A program made the position numbers and the translations under genes. DNA of 64,000 nt from Mytilus californianus (taxonomy: Eukaryota). Positions 14,737 to 32,574 of the stretch are shown here, piece after piece. The DNA lies in the NCBI RefSeq assembly GCF_021869535.1, contig NW_026262690.1:50158001-50222000 (forward strand). Direction: 5' to 3'. Below the pieces are notes generated by a model. The model searched no databases and had not been told where the DNA came from. It saw only the letters and a program-made list of their open reading frames with translations. Position 1 is the first letter of the stretch, and the number at the start of each line of letters is the position of its first letter.

Positions 14737-16084
14737 ATAGAAAAACCTTTAACTATAAGTGAAATAATCGAGGAGTATCGAATGTATGTTTACATTAGAC
14801 ATTGACGACTGAATAATAAAAGTATCTAAATATAACTAACTATTTCAATTATTTGAACCTCGATTTTTTAATTTCCTCTGTAGTCGATCAAGGAAATAAT
14901 ATTTATTTTGAATGTTCTATGTTTAAAAAAAACTAAATTTCCCTGAGAAAATTATGGGACACTGCAATACAAGTTGACAGTTGTATTAATGTAGCTTTTA
15001 CTTTGTGCTTATACACAAGTTTTAACTCCAATTTTTTTGTTTTTTGTTTTATTTTTTGTTTGCTGTTGTTTGTTCACGTCTTTGTAGTTGCTCTTTTTTG
15101 TTTACTGTCATTTTCTTTTTGTTTTATGCTTCTGTTTTCTTTCTTTTTTTTAAGGGGGGGGGGGGGGGGGGGGAGGGGGGGGGGGGGGGGGGGATATAGG
15201 CTAATGTTTTTTTTTGGTGTGTTATCAACAAAAAGAAAAACGTGTAAATGTTTCATTTTCGGACCAGTAAAGAACTTGTTGATTGTCGTTAAGTATGATA
15301 GAATTTTACATCTACAAAAAAAAATGAAGAATTAATCTTTTTCATCTTCAATTATGTCCCCCATAACGTAAGAACAACATTTTTGCATGTACAAATTTAT
15401 ATAATTTCCTCGGGGGGGGGGGGGGGGGGGGGGTGGTAAATGAACTCTCGTCTCGTACCTGTGATAAAATATAGCTTTCGTTCGTCTGGTGATGACTTTC
15501 CTCGAAATTTAATCTACGGTTGTCACACAGTACATGTACACGAAGTATGGTGGCTTGGAGAGGTACATATGTGCAATTCAAGTTTATATCATATATATTG
15601 CCAAGGATGGAAATGTTATCATTCAAACAGTCACCAACCAATATACCTAAGCCAATTATACCATATATTGTCTGCATTGGATAACCAAGCCAACACCTAA
15701 ACATGAATGTGTTTCACAATAATATATACAATTTTTCGTCTTTAATAATTCAGGTCCAACTATGTAAAACCTGCATTTTTGCCGTTGTAAATATATATAA
15801 CTCATATATGACTTCGCGACATCGTGATAATACCGCTGCAAACTATAATATGCAATAAATGTCAGCTTCAACTAGAATTGTTACACACTTTATTACACAT
15901 TGGTTACCTTGCATATAAGCTGGTACTTGCCATGTAGGCACAACCACATTTTATTCTAAACGTCTAAATACTTGGAATATTTTATCACACAATATATGGA
16001 TATTGTCTCGTGTATCTTATATTTTACGTGTTTGAGAGCAGTTGATATTCGGTGCAGGCCAAAATTTATCAACCTAATCGGAGG

Positions 16085-16384
16085 CACTTGTCTCTGGAAA
16101 GAAATTACCTATATACTTTAATATATATATATATATAACAAAAGGTACCTAACTCGTATAATGTCTGTTAAGAATGTTTCCGACAATAGAAATAGGCGTG
16201 TTATACACCATTTTGTAGATAATTTAATGTACAGATTAAGGACATAACAAGTTTGAGTGGGATAGACAACCGCAGAATCGAAATATAACGGAAGTTCGCG
16301 ACAGGGTGACATTTCTCAAATGTATGGGTTAGGCACCTTGTGTTAAATTAAAGTATATAGGTAATTTTTTTTCAGAGACAAGTG
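16085..16384. repeat. MITE-like element with 38-bp inverted ends
   Basis: CACTTGTCTCTGGAAAGAAATTACCTATATACTTTAAT versus the right end, 2 mismatches; no TSD found. Confidence 0.6.
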
Positions 16385-17740
16385 GTCGTGATCATACCAC
16401 ATCTTATTTTTTTATTTTCATAGTCTTTCGTCCGGTTATTATTTCAATTTGGTTTTATTTCAATCGAATTATTTATTGAAAGGCTATGTAATCTATAATG
16501 TGAAATAAATACTAGTACGTAGCTAATTTGATCCATGTAAAAAAATATAAGCCAGCTATAATACTAGCTAAATAAGCCACATTTTTGTTTGATTATTTTT
16601 TACACTTCAGAAAGAATTGGTAGTTTGTTGAATTTTACTCTTTTAATTCTTTTTTTCAATATAATATGGTTGTAATTTAATGTTACTTGTGTTTTAATTT
16701 GTAACTTATGTATTTGTACATAATTATCACGTGTTGTCTTACTTTGTTTGTTCCTACAATTTTGGATTTTGGAAGTTTAATAGAAACATGATTTCTCTAA
16801 ATCACTTATACCAGGAAAAAACGACAAGAGGAAGAAGATACAAATTTTAAGATGTGTATGTATGTTTTGATAGACAAGTCTTTAACAAAAGTTTCAGTCT
16901 AAAAAAACACGTGCGTGGTGCATAATTAAAGGCATGGGCGATTTTAATACTTTGAGCTATTGGAGTACGAGAATATCAAGCTTTATAATTACTATATAAT
17001 TTACATTCCACAATCAATGGTAATGAACAGTGATTTTTTTTCTACTCTTTGTATGAAGGTATTTTTTTGTGTGTCCGTTATCAAATTCTGATTCATAAAA
17101 GTTCTATTATAATTTTATATATTTTGGTTGTAGAAGATGAAAAAATGGCACCTTCTTTGAAAGATTTAATGCATTTTCTATCTTGTTTCTTTATTTTGAA
17201 TTCTTTTGAATTTTATTTTGCATAAAATGCTTTCTCATGGATTTTTATAATGTAACTTGAAACTGTCTTTGTATTAGTCATTGATCATAATATCTTTAAG
17301 TGGAAATATTTGGCTAAATGTTTCATTTACAAGGGAAAAATCATATTGTTATGGAATGATGGAATTCATGATGTCCAAAACGAAACAAAGACAAATTTAG
17401 TTAAAGAATTGTGTTCCTCTTAACTTTAGAATGAGTCAGAGAAAAAAACAATTCCGATGGTAGATTTTTATTTATGAATACATACAAACAAACAAAAACA
17501 AGTATAATATAAAATATCACAATATTAACACTCGTTTTATTGACCGTTCTCAGTTCTATCAAATATATTGCACAATCCATTAATTTCAATTGCTCCTCAA
17601 TATGATTTGGGATCGATATTTTCGTTTCTGTTACCACACTGATTGATATCGATGTATCCAGGAGTTTGTGTGTCGGGATATCATGGAGTCTCCTTGTCAT
17701 CTTTCAGTTCTTTACATAACTTGTGTAAAGATGGGATTAG

Positions 17741-19624
<1,884 letters not shown>

Positions 19625-22600
19625 TTTGTCTATTTTACTTTCACTACGAGTTTACTTCTTTACAGTCTTTCGAAATTGAATAGAACTGTAAGGAAACTTC
19701 AGTTTTTTATAGTTAATATTAAAGTGGGATTTCGTCACAAATGTCATTTGAATACAACCAAGTCGTAGAAACCAGCAATTAACTTCCAGCATGGCAAGTT
19801 TGACAAATATTTTAAACCTATGATTAAAGCGAAAATGACTGAGGAGTATCGAATGTACGATTACATCGCCCCATGACGACTGAATAAATAAATAGGTATT
19901 TTCCTGAATCGACAATAATATCTATATATAGATATATATATATTAACATCATAATTCTCTAAGCAGTTAGTATTCTGTCTTTATTTCTTTATTATTGGAT
20001 ATTCGAACTCTGCAAAACAGGAGATAAGGCACATACAAGTAATAAAGTCAATGGCTAACAGGAATGCATCATAAGAAGGTCTGGATGGGGTTTACACAAT
20101 AGAGAATAATGGGCAAAAGGTGCAGAATAAAGGGCAAAAAATAAAGAATAGAGAAAAATGGGGACAAAATATAAAGAGTAGGTAATAAAAGGGTGGTTAA
20201 GTATAAAGAATAGAGAAATTGGTCAAAAAAGATAAAGAATAGAGAAAAATGGTTTATAAAAGTAAATAATAAAGAAATGAAGGTCACCCCATCCATACCC
20301 TCATATAAATATAATTTTTTTTACGTTCGTAACTTATATAATAGGTAAAAGAAAGGCGAATGTTTGTTTTAAAGTACATAAGTATTTACTTTCTCGGGAA
20401 CAAAACTACCAAACTACCTCGAAAAAAGTGATTCGACTCTGTAGTATCTAATTTCCAGTTCGGACACTTCGGTGACATTGACAATCGATCTTAGTAATAG
20501 GTAATAGAAAAGAAAGGATTTGGGTTATCCATCCGTGACACAAAATCAATACATGCACAGCAAAAAACACTAAAAAGCAATGAAACATTTATAGTCCACA
20601 ATTACAATTATATTGAAACTATCTAGAAGATTTCAGCCTCAGATATAATAAGGATTAATATGATTTTGGAATTTATTTATATAATATTTCGTCCAAGCAG
20701 TGCATTATATGCCTCTAAAGACTGGTTGGTATTAATATACATGTCTATTGACATGTATATGTATGTTGAAAATTGTAATACTTTGTATATCATGTACATG
20801 TACCAAGTTGTACTTTAACATAAAAATATCTATCTATCTGTCTACACACATCTCCTTATTTTCAATTTTGTTGTAAAAAACAATACTTCATTAATTTGTT
20901 TGTTTAAATATATTAGAATTGCAAATATATAGTATAATAATATTTAGGAACTTTTCGCAAACACGTATAATGAAACTATTGCGTCAGTGTTTCAAGAGAT
21001 GAATTAGATGATTTGCATTTCTGTCGTCCAAATCAAGTTATGGGAAGGCCTTCAAAAAATCTTCGAGTAGATGTTCAATCCCAGTGCTTCCTTTATTTGC
21101 TGTAGAATTTCGTTTTCTTGCTATTCAATAAAAATAAATTAGTATTTTAATTTCATTCGTACATCCCAACTTTATCTAAATTACAGTGTTCGTTCCATTA
21201 TAATTAAAAAGAACTCGTAGAAAGTTAACAAATTGTCCCAAAATATGACCGTGCATATCCTTTTTATTTGATTTGGAGCAAAACAAACTTTTTGTCATGA
21301 ATATATGAATTGGAAAATAACAAACAATTTCACGTTGAGGCTATAACGAAAAAGAAATCCGAATCTCAGCAGCTTCTGCATGATGTGTTTGCTATTTTAT
21401 TTCTTTTTGTTAGAAGTTTTATCACAAAAAATGATGAAAAATTAAAATTAAATTGAAATCGAAAAAAAAAACCAATTCAATTGGTATTGCATGGTTCTTT
21501 GAATGATTTAGATAGTTAAAAAGTTTTTAATACTAGTACTTGAATTATCACCTAGTCTAACAACAATTTAACGATTAAAGAGACGAAGTATAAAATGGAT
21601 ATGTTTTAGTTAAGCACATGTATTCAGATAAATTCTGGGTGTGATTTTTTTTAGCAGAATGTTTTTTTTTATTTTTCTCCCCTTGGTCGGCAGGATGTCC
21701 CATCCGGCTTGTCATTCCCGCCAGTCACGACCCACGGCCTTAAAATGTTCTCCCCGAGGAAAAGCCTGTTGAAATCTCAAATAGTAGTCAAGTAAGAATA
21801 ATGATGAGGTGAAATATCTATTAATTGCCGGCATATTGTTTTGTTATGAAGTACTGATTTTTAATTGGTTTTCAATTAATGAAGAGATATTTGTAGACTT
21901 TCTATAAAGAAATATTCCAAACTTCGACAACATACTTCTGAATCACCCGAGTTATTACTACAAGAGAGTCAACCGTTTTTTAACATTTTTATTCATAATA
22001 AAAACTTCTTTTAGTTAAAGTTAAATTCTTTCAGCAGATATCAAAAGCATTTAAAAAAATCAAACTGCGATAGTATGGAATTAGAAGTTTGGCAATCAAT
22101 AACACTTGGCACTATATGAAAATCGATTAAACAATAACCGTTTTACCAGCCATTGACTGTAAATGCTCACAGTATTTTCAAGTACCTGCAAGTTTACTTC
22201 GACGTTTTACTTTTTGTTGACGTCATATGCGTTAACGGTACAGTTTGAAAATAAAACAACAATGTTTTTGTAATGTCATGTATGTAAACTTAATATTTAC
22301 AAAGTCAAATTAATCAATAAGGGCATACTAAGTGAGGAATTTGTGTATCAAAAGTATGTAGAAAGTATACATTTTACCTCGAAAAAATTGGGTTTTCAAT
22401 GTATGAAAATAGTATTAATTTGGGACTAAGAAAGTTGTACTTTCGATGATTTAGATAAAAAAAAAAAAACAAAACGGAAAAGCTACTTCTAGCAAAAAAA
22501 ATTGACTTCTTCATCGACATGTGAACATGAAAAACATTGAAAGAATAGTTTAAGTAACCCATCGCACTTCTGCGTTACCACCAACGCTCTTCGGTGTAGC

Positions 22601-22762
22601 TATCAACAAGATAGCGTCACAATACCACCTACGCAATTCGGTGTGATCAAAAACGCACTTCAGCGACTTACCATCGCACTTAAACGTGACCATAACGGTT
22701 CAGAGTACCATCGCTGTTCAGAGTCATATATATATTTTATATATATTTATATATATATATAC

Positions 22763-23188
22763 AAGAACGTCTGAACCAGAGACAACTCTACGACAGATTT
22801 TATCCATCGGATCACCAGTGATGGTGATACAAGGCTGAAAACACATTCTGTATACATACTTCGTCTAAATAACAGCCCAACAATGTTTGCGGAAGCAAAT
22901 TTGTTGTTCTTCCCTGGCCGGGATTCGAACTCATGCTACTGAGACATCGTGGCACCAAATCGCCTTGCACTATGCCCGACGCGCTAGACCTCTAGACCTC
23001 CTAGGCTCGACAAAAATCAAGTTTTCGATGGCCGGGTGTTACCTTTCCTCGTCAATTTTTATCTAGCGTCGTAACACAGTACATGGTATATAAGGCATGA
23101 AGATGGAATATTACAGATCAGCTGAATTATCTATCGTAGAGGATCTTACAAATTAAGAGAAAGAGTTGTCACTGATTCAGACGTACTT
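22763..23188. mobile_element. TA-microsatellite-embedded element with 27-bp imperfect TIRs and a tRNA-derived Pol III region
   Basis: Left AAGAACGTCTGAACCAGAGACAACTCT versus right AGAGTTGTCACTGATTCAGACGTACTT; minus-strand B box GAGTTCGAATCC at 22921-32; (TA)n on both sides. Confidence 0.65.
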
Positions 23189-23219
23189 ATATATATATAT
23201 ATATTTTCTTTCGGGTTAA

Positions 23220-23718
23220 TATGATCCGTTCATTCTATTTCGACTTTTTAAAATTCAAGAGTCTATCCTAAATTGAGGTAAATTATATGGCCTTCCAAAT
23301 ACCGTTTCGATCCCTAACATCACTGAAGAGACATTAATTGTCGAAATCCGGATATGGTGTCCAAATTTTTGCACCTCATGTTTGTGGTATATCATCTTTT
23401 CCGCAAGTTTATTGTTTTCTGTTTGGTATTAAATTAATATTAAGATCCATTTTGTTACATCTGGTGATCAATTTAATCGGCAGTCAGCAGGGTTTAAGAA
23501 CATCCGTTTTTCGACCTGTAGTCAAATGCGTTTTGTTAAAATATACTTTTTCACTTTTTTGGTCTTTTGGAAAATGTTGTTTGTGCTGTATTTAGACCCC
23601 TCTACCAAGAAATTTGTTTTACATGCACACGTATAAAAATTGAGGTTTTTATCCAACGCAATCTTAGGTTTGAACAATGTTTTCAATTTAGACTTGTATA
23701 TATATATATATATATATA
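23220..23718 (+). mobile_element. Hammerhead-bearing dispersed repeat, copy 1, (TA)n-flanked
   Basis: Inverted homolog of 32575..33090; contains the HHR at 23317. Confidence 0.75.
23317..23360 (+). ncRNA. Minimal type I hammerhead ribozyme
   Basis: Stem I ACATCA/TGGTGT; CTGAAGA; GAC-ATTAATT-GTC; GAA; palindrome ATCCGGAT; H17=A. Confidence 0.85.
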
Positions 23719-24020
23719 TGTCTCATCAACATCTTTTTATCATAAACGTAAAACTTCCGAAACGAAAAGGACAGTATGATTATTTAATTATAAAGTTTTA
23801 AGACTTAGAAGTGGTGTTACATAATCTATAATACAGATTCTATTTCTATGGGGAATGTTACTTTAAAATGATATTTGATACATAGACACTAAAACAATAA
23901 CATGTTATGTTTTCACCACGGTGACAATTTTTTGCTCGAAATGCAGACAATTAGTCATTGCTTATTTTTTTTCAATTTGGTATTTTTAAGCGAATTATCT
24001 ATTGAAAGTCTGTGCATATA

Positions 24021-24319
24021 AAAATAAGAAGATGTGGTATGATTGCTAATAAGATAACTCTCCATCAGAGACCAAATGACATTGAAGTTAACAACTATAG
24101 GTCACCATACATTTAACAATGAGCAAAACCATTACCGCATAGTAAGCTATAAAAGGCCCAGAAATGACAAATGTAAACAATTCAAACGAGAAAACTAACA
24201 GCCCGATTTATGTACAAAGCAATAAACGAAAAACAAATATGATATACAGCAACAACCACTGAATTACAGGCTATTGACTTGGGACAGGTACATACAGAAT
24301 GTGGCGTTATTAAACATGT
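24021..24319 (+). repeat. Sister dispersed family (AAGAAGATGTGGTATGATTGCCAATGAGACA)
   Basis: Homologs at 30717..30879(-), 39397..39710, 40262..40600, 56208..56520 and 60127..60357. Confidence 0.8.
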
Positions 24320-25687
24320 CTATAACGTGGGGACTAAAGGAGTACCGGAGGTACTTTTGAAGTGTAAAATCGAAGCAAAAAAAATCAGACGACAACACGA
24401 ACCATCAGACAACTCAAAATAAAGACATACAACACAACAAAAAATAATAAAACCAACATCAAACAGCACAATGGGTTAATATCAAATGCTTTGTAGGTAA
24501 CCCCCAACTTTAGTTCAGTCGCCAGTAATTATTTGTAATATGCGTTATTGAGTCCAATTCGGTGTGCGAACAGGAAAATTATAAGCCAGCTATAACTCAA
24601 GATATGTAAACTTTTTGTTTGCTTCTTTTTTACATTTCTGAATGGATTGGTAGTTTGTTGGATTTTACTCTTTTAATTCTTTTTTTCAATATGATATGGT
24701 TGTTACTTGTGTTTAACTTTATAGCTTTGAGAATAATATGTATACATACTAATCAGGTGTTGTCTTACTTTGTTAGTTCCTTAAATTCATATCATCCACT
24801 TTTGATTTTGGAAAGTTGAACTAGAACATGACTTCCCTAAATCACTTATAACAGGAAAAATTGATAAGAGGAAGAAGATACAAAGTTTAGAATGTGTATG
24901 TGTATTTTGATTGATAAGTCTTCAAAAACAGTTTCAGTCTGAAAACACGTGTGGAGTGCATATTTCAAGGCAAGGGCGATTTTGATACTTTGGGTTATCG
25001 GAGTACGAGAGCATTAAACTTTACAGTTACTACAATTTACATCCCACAATCAATGGTAATGTACATTGAGTTTGTGAACTCTTTGTATGAAGAAAATATT
25101 TGTATGTTCGTTGTCAAATTCTGATTCATAAAACATCTATTCTTATCATCTATTCTTATCTTATATATTTCAATTGTAAAATATGAAATTTCTTGGTAGT
25201 AAATGTAGCCGAATCGATCATTATATCTTTAAGAGGAAATGTTTTGGTTAAACGTTTCCTTTACAAGGAAAAATTAGATTATTATGGAATGATGAAATTA
25301 ATCATGTCGAAAATGAAAGATAGAAAAAATATAGTCAAAAGTTAAATAAGTGAAATTATTGTGTTCCTTTTTAAATTAAGAATGATTCAGAAAAAAAACT
25401 AACCAATGCAAGAGATTTTTATTTATGATTACATACAAACAAATCAAAAATAGTATAACATTATATATCACAATATTAACTATCGTTTTAATCATCGTTC
25501 TCAGTCCAATTAAATATATTGCACAATCCACTGATTTCAATTGTTCCTCAATATGATTTGGGATCGATATTTTCGTTTCTGTTTCATACTGACTGTTGTC
25601 GAAGTGTCCAGGAGATAGGTTTTCGGGATATCCTGGAGTCTCTTTATCATCTTTAAGTTCACCTAACTAGTGTTTAGAATGAAAAGG

Positions 25688-27256
<1,569 letters not shown>

Positions 27257-27917
27257 TTTGTATATTTTACTTTTACTACGAGTTCACTTCTTTACAGTCT
27301 TTTAAAATTGAATAGAACTGTAAGGAAACTTCAGCTTTTTATAGTTAATCTTAAAGAGGGATTTCGTCACACATGTCATCTGAATACTACCAAGTAGTAC
27401 AATCCAGCAATTAACTTCCAGCATGGCAAGTTTGACAAGTATTTTTAAACCTATGATTAAAGGGAAAATGACCGAGGAGTATCGAATGTACGATAACATT
27501 GCCCCATGACCACTGAATAAATAAATAGGTATTTTCCTGAATCGACAATATTATCTATATATAGATATATATATGTTAACATCATAGTTCTCTAAGCAGT
27601 AAGTATTCAGTCTTTATTTCTTTATTAATGGGTATTTGAACTCTGCAAAACAGGAGATAAGACTTGCACTTACAAAAATAGAGAAAAATGGGTACAAAAT
27701 ATAAAGAGTAGGTAATAAAAGGGTGTTAAGCATAGGCGGATCCAAGGGGGGGGGGGGGGGGGCCCGGGCCACCCCATTTGTGGAAAAAATTTGGTTGATT
27801 ATATAGGAAATCACTGAAGCATGACTATCTAGAAGATTTAAGCCTCAGATATAATAAGGACTAATATGATTTTGGAATTTATTTATATAATATTTCGTCC
27901 AAGCAGCGCATCATGTG

Positions 27918-28092
27918 CCGTTTGAATTGTTTTACACTAGTCTTTTTGGGGCATTTTATAGCTTCCTGTTCAGTGTGAGCCAAGCTTCCGTGTTGAATGC
28001 CGTACTTTGACCTATAATTGTTTACTTTTTACACATTGTGACTTGGATGGATAGTTGTCTCATTGGCACTCATACCACATCTTCTTATTTAT
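27918..28092 (-). repeat. Same dispersed family, upstream of A4 and absent from the A3 unit
   Basis: GTTGTCTCATTGGCACTCATACCACATCTTCTTAT end. Confidence 0.8.
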
Positions 28093-28471
28093 ATGTCTAT
28101 TGACATATATATGTATGTTGAAAATTGTAATTCTTTGTATATCATGTACCAAATTGTACTTTAACATAAAAATATCTATCTATCTACACACATCTCCTTA
28201 TTTTCAATTTTGTTGTAAAAAACAGTACTTCATTAATTTATTTGTTTAAATATATTAGAATTGCAAATAATATACTCTTCATGCTTATCCACTTGTTTTG
28301 GTTACTTGGATTATTCCTATTTCATCTCCTTGTAATAATTGTTTAATATATTTTCACTCTCCTTAGTGTATATTCTTGCGACGAATAAAAACTACTCAAG
28401 AATGCTTATTGTTAAATGATAGATCTTTTATTTTTGTCATTATGTAGAATTTTAAATAGGATTCATGTTAT

Positions 28472-28475
<4 letters not shown>

Positions 28476-28508
<33 letters not shown>
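28476..28508. repeat. (TC)n microsatellite
   Basis: Direct reading. Confidence 0.95.
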
Positions 28509-28513
<5 letters not shown>

Positions 28514-28940
28514 TTTCTGTATAAAGGTTTTCTTGTGTTAATTGTATTTTCTATATATTTTTCTCCGCAAGATTTTGATTTGCCTCTTATAATATTCAAT
28601 TTTTCTTACATTTTTTGTACATATTTTACCAAACAAACCCTAATTTGGAGCTAAGTGACTTCAGATAGTTACAACTTTATTTAAGTCCTGATTAAATATT
28701 ATTTTTTTACTTTTTTTTCAATAGAAATTAACTCTGTCAATGATAGTATTTTGTGTTATCATTTCCAATAATCGTTACACGTCAAAGCATAAAACATTTC
28801 ATACATATTCATTAGTTTTATACTCGACAAGTATGTTATGAGTCCTGACCAGTTGAAAACACTAAAATGTGTTGTCGCCATTCATACACACAATATTCAG
28901 ATATGTATTAATCGACTGTCCAACTTTACTGCTGTTGTTT

Positions 28941-31813
28941 TCACGTTCGTATCATATTCGTCCTTTTCATTGCTTCTATCAATAAAGTCATACTCTCTAA
29001 TACTCCACTGCCTGTTCTGGCACACATACCATGTATGAACCATTGTCTGTCCTCTATCTGACATAATTCAAGACCTGATGCAAGATCTTTAGGAGTTAAA
29101 GTATCTAACAAAGAAAACAACTTGTGTTTAAACATTGCATATGGGCGCGCATTTAAAACATTCTTATTGTAGATTCAACGAAAAAATCCATAGTTTCATT
29201 TATCAACCAAATAACTGTTTGTTCTAGCTTAAATGATTGCAAGTTTTATAATTTTACAGAAACAAAAATTTGATTTTGTACTTTTTGTCCACAGAAGAAT
29301 GCGACAGAGTATTGAAATGAATTTGGATAGAAAAGATTTTTTAGATAACTCCTCCTGGTTTATTTGACAATAGAACCATGAAAATGGTAACTTTCTTTCA
29401 TAATTATTTAATTTTTTTTGTATTTGAAAGAATAGGGACTTACTAGGTAGATCCTGCTTATTAGCTATAACCCCAAGAGGAATACCTCGTGCTTCTTTGC
29501 AGTTCACTATGTAACGATGGAGGGCTTCTTTAGCTGAATGTAATCTTTTTATATCGCTGCTATCGACAACAAATAAAATGCCTGTAAAATTTTCCGTTTG
29601 AAAATTTATTTAATTTTGACTAATAATAATTACGAATAGACACAATTTTAACAACAAAATTAACAAATAAGGTATATCTCGACTTCTTTAATAATCACTG
29701 TTTTCAGATCTTTCATTAATATAGAATAAACATGTAGGTTTTTTCTTCAAAGGACAAGAAATGAGTTCCACCATTAATAATTAAAATATATGATGTCATA
29801 TAAGTGTGTAAATGTAGATGAAGAATGTTTCATACTAGAATAACATTTGAATATGCAAATATACTTAACAATAAATTGCACGCACCAGTGTATGATCGAA
29901 GATATAGTCGATATTATTGCAGGATAAATTCTTTAAATAAATGATGTGTTTGACTTAATTTCCATGTACTCCAAGCCATAAACTAGTAGGTTCACGAAGG
30001 ATTAAAATTGGCCCTACGATTTTAATGTTTTTGAATCGGGTCAAAATACTACAAATTTCACATAGAAATGTTTATGATATTATTTTTGATACAAAATAAC
30101 TTCTTTTTGGCACAGCACATTACAAATTACGAAGTATTGACCCCTATATTATGCATAATGTATGCTGTAACGTCAGTTTTGGTCCAATTTCACCAATATT
30201 TATCACAGTTTTAGCACAATTAAATTTGGCGATATTTGGGTAAACCTTGTCCTCTGCTACAATTAAAAAAAAATGGAACTCATTTCAAAAACCACTATCA
30301 ATTGTTATATGCTAGTAATAAGGTTCTAACTATTTGCATGTACAGAACATGGCCATAAGTATTCGTCACTTGTCATATAAAACTATGCTTTTTTTTTTAA
30401 ATAATGTGGGGTCATTTCTGGTAAGATTTTAATCAACTTGGTATCAATAGACGCAGAATTTTTACAGAATTATTCAGTCACAGAAACTTGAAAAAAAGAA
30501 AGGTGACGAATACTTTTGGCCATGCACATGTAGGTTGAAGTGTCTTAAAAAAAACGCGTAAAAAAGTAACATCAATTATAGTATGAAGGGTTCATTTTTG
30601 TTCTTCGGATTTCTTTGATTTTTTTAAATATTTCATGAAAAATTATTAACTTATGAAATAAGATTTCATTTTTATATGAGGAAAAATGAAACAGGTGGCG
30701 TTATCTTCTGAATTGTTTCACATTTTGTCATCCCGTGGGCTTACTATAGCTTATTATAGGGAATGGGTTTTGATCATTGTTGAAAACCGTACGGTGACTT
30801 GTAGTTGTTAACATTCTTGTTCTTTATTTTTGGTGGATAGTTGTCTCTTTTTCAATAATACCACATCTCATTTTTATATCAGTCACAAGACTTTGTCGGA
30901 TCATTGAAATTACTTCTCATAAAAAATCTTTTTCAACAATACAATATTTTAAACTCTCACAACAAGATAAAATTCACAGTTCACGAAACCCGATAAATAT
31001 GAGTGCAATAAATCACAGAGACTAAAAGTAGAAGAACGATTGTTCTAGTAAAAACATTATTATTTGTTTAATTTAATATATTTGGCATGTTTAGCAGAAA
31101 TCTGCATCAAACGGTGCATTGAAGTAGATTATTTTGTTTTTTAAATTTTGTATTATAACCACATGCCTCAGTGTATTCAAATGTATAAAATGTTAACTAT
31201 AGGATACTGCTGTTATATGTCAAACCTGACGCATTCAAGAAATAACGCTTCCATTCGTGCCTGATTTTATCCCCGCAACCAACATCCAAGATTGTGAAAT
31301 GTATCCCTCTGAATGTATTAACCGTCTCTATGTTAAACCCAATAGTAGGTAATGTCTCAGAAGTCTTATTTTGAAGCTTATATAATAGCGTAGTTTTCCC
31401 TAAAAATAATAAAAACATCATTGGTAAGATCAGATAATAATAATTAGAAATAGGTTATATAAATCCGATGGCTAAATATCGGAAGATTTTTTTTTGAATC
31501 TATATTATATTTAATGTAAGCTGATGCAAACTTGACAACAAGGTTTGTACTTCGAACAATTATTATGTGTTGTGGATACTTTTGCTTAATGAATGAAGGA
31601 CCATTATATCACTGTGCAAAAAAAATAGTTCTCTTATTTTACTTATTTCCAAATTATTTTTTTGTATCCTAGAGGCGCCAAATAAGTAACATCCAATATA
31701 CATTATTCATAATTACCTGTTGAGGTCAAACCTAGCATTACAATCGTCAATGGCATCGGACCACTCGTTAAATGTTGCCAGAATTTGCTCCATTTTGATA
31801 AGCATATTCCCAT
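28941..31813 (-). CDS. Divergent ARF-like GTPase A5, 190 aa (GLTSTGKT, LDVGCG)
   Basis: join(31717..31813,31226..31399,29444..29581,28941..29104); 573 nt, open frame, GT-AG introns. MGICLS start; NKQD retained. Confidence 0.92.
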
Positions 31814-32574
31814 ATTGTGAATATTTAATTCAAAATTATATCATGATTGTAAATCTACAGGATTGTATTCTGTCATCAATGCCGGATGTCAACTTCCAGA
31901 TTTTCCAATATGACGTGACAACTTCCTAACATTTATATGTTTAGAGAATAGTGTAATCGATCAAATACAACACGTTTTTGTATTTGTTATGGTACTTCCA
32001 TACATTTCGATTGTATTTTGTGTTATATACGGACATATTCCAGTTGTAATTAGTTTGCTTCTCAGCTGTTGCTTGGACGTGCTTAGAAAGAGGACAGAGT
32101 AACATTTAGTAGAATTAAGCTCACTTTCAGATATATTATAATTAATAAAACTTAAACAGTTAAACGATTCATGGCCTACCACACCAATTGTAAAAAACAG
32201 AGTGTAAAGTAAACTAACATTAGGATCAAATGTTCTTTCGAAGATGAAGTGTTGTTTAAAAGATAAACTGTTCTTTAGAAGATGAAATGGTCTCAAGTTT
32301 AGAGAACTCAAAAGAAACCATCGGATACTGTCCATTTCATATGCATGAACTTGAGATGTTGGGGAAAAGTAAAGCAACTCAACAACAATGATAACTAAAA
32401 TACATAAATAAGGCAACAACGAGTCTTCAGCAATGTATTGTCTTGGTTATGGGAATCTTTACTCAAGTCACAGTGACTCAAGTATTTGTTTTTTTTTCAG
32501 TTTTTTTCTGCTTTTCTTTCTTTAGTTTTGTTTTTGAGGAGCAAATGGATAGCTTATTGAGGTTTTGTTTAATG

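Noticed and set aside
15003-15704. Poly-Gly and poly-Pro ORFs (also 7444..7689 and 27614..27814)
   Set aside because: They come from G homopolymer tracts and low-complexity flanks.
16085-16384. Second CAC-ended inverted repeat as another Transib-like element
   Set aside because: No direct repeat of any length flanks the ends, and the true termini are uncertain.
31961-32419. 152-aa ORF, the longest in the track outside the RT
   Set aside because: No recognisable motif or splice support; AT-rich composition. The same applies to most other short ORFs in the track.
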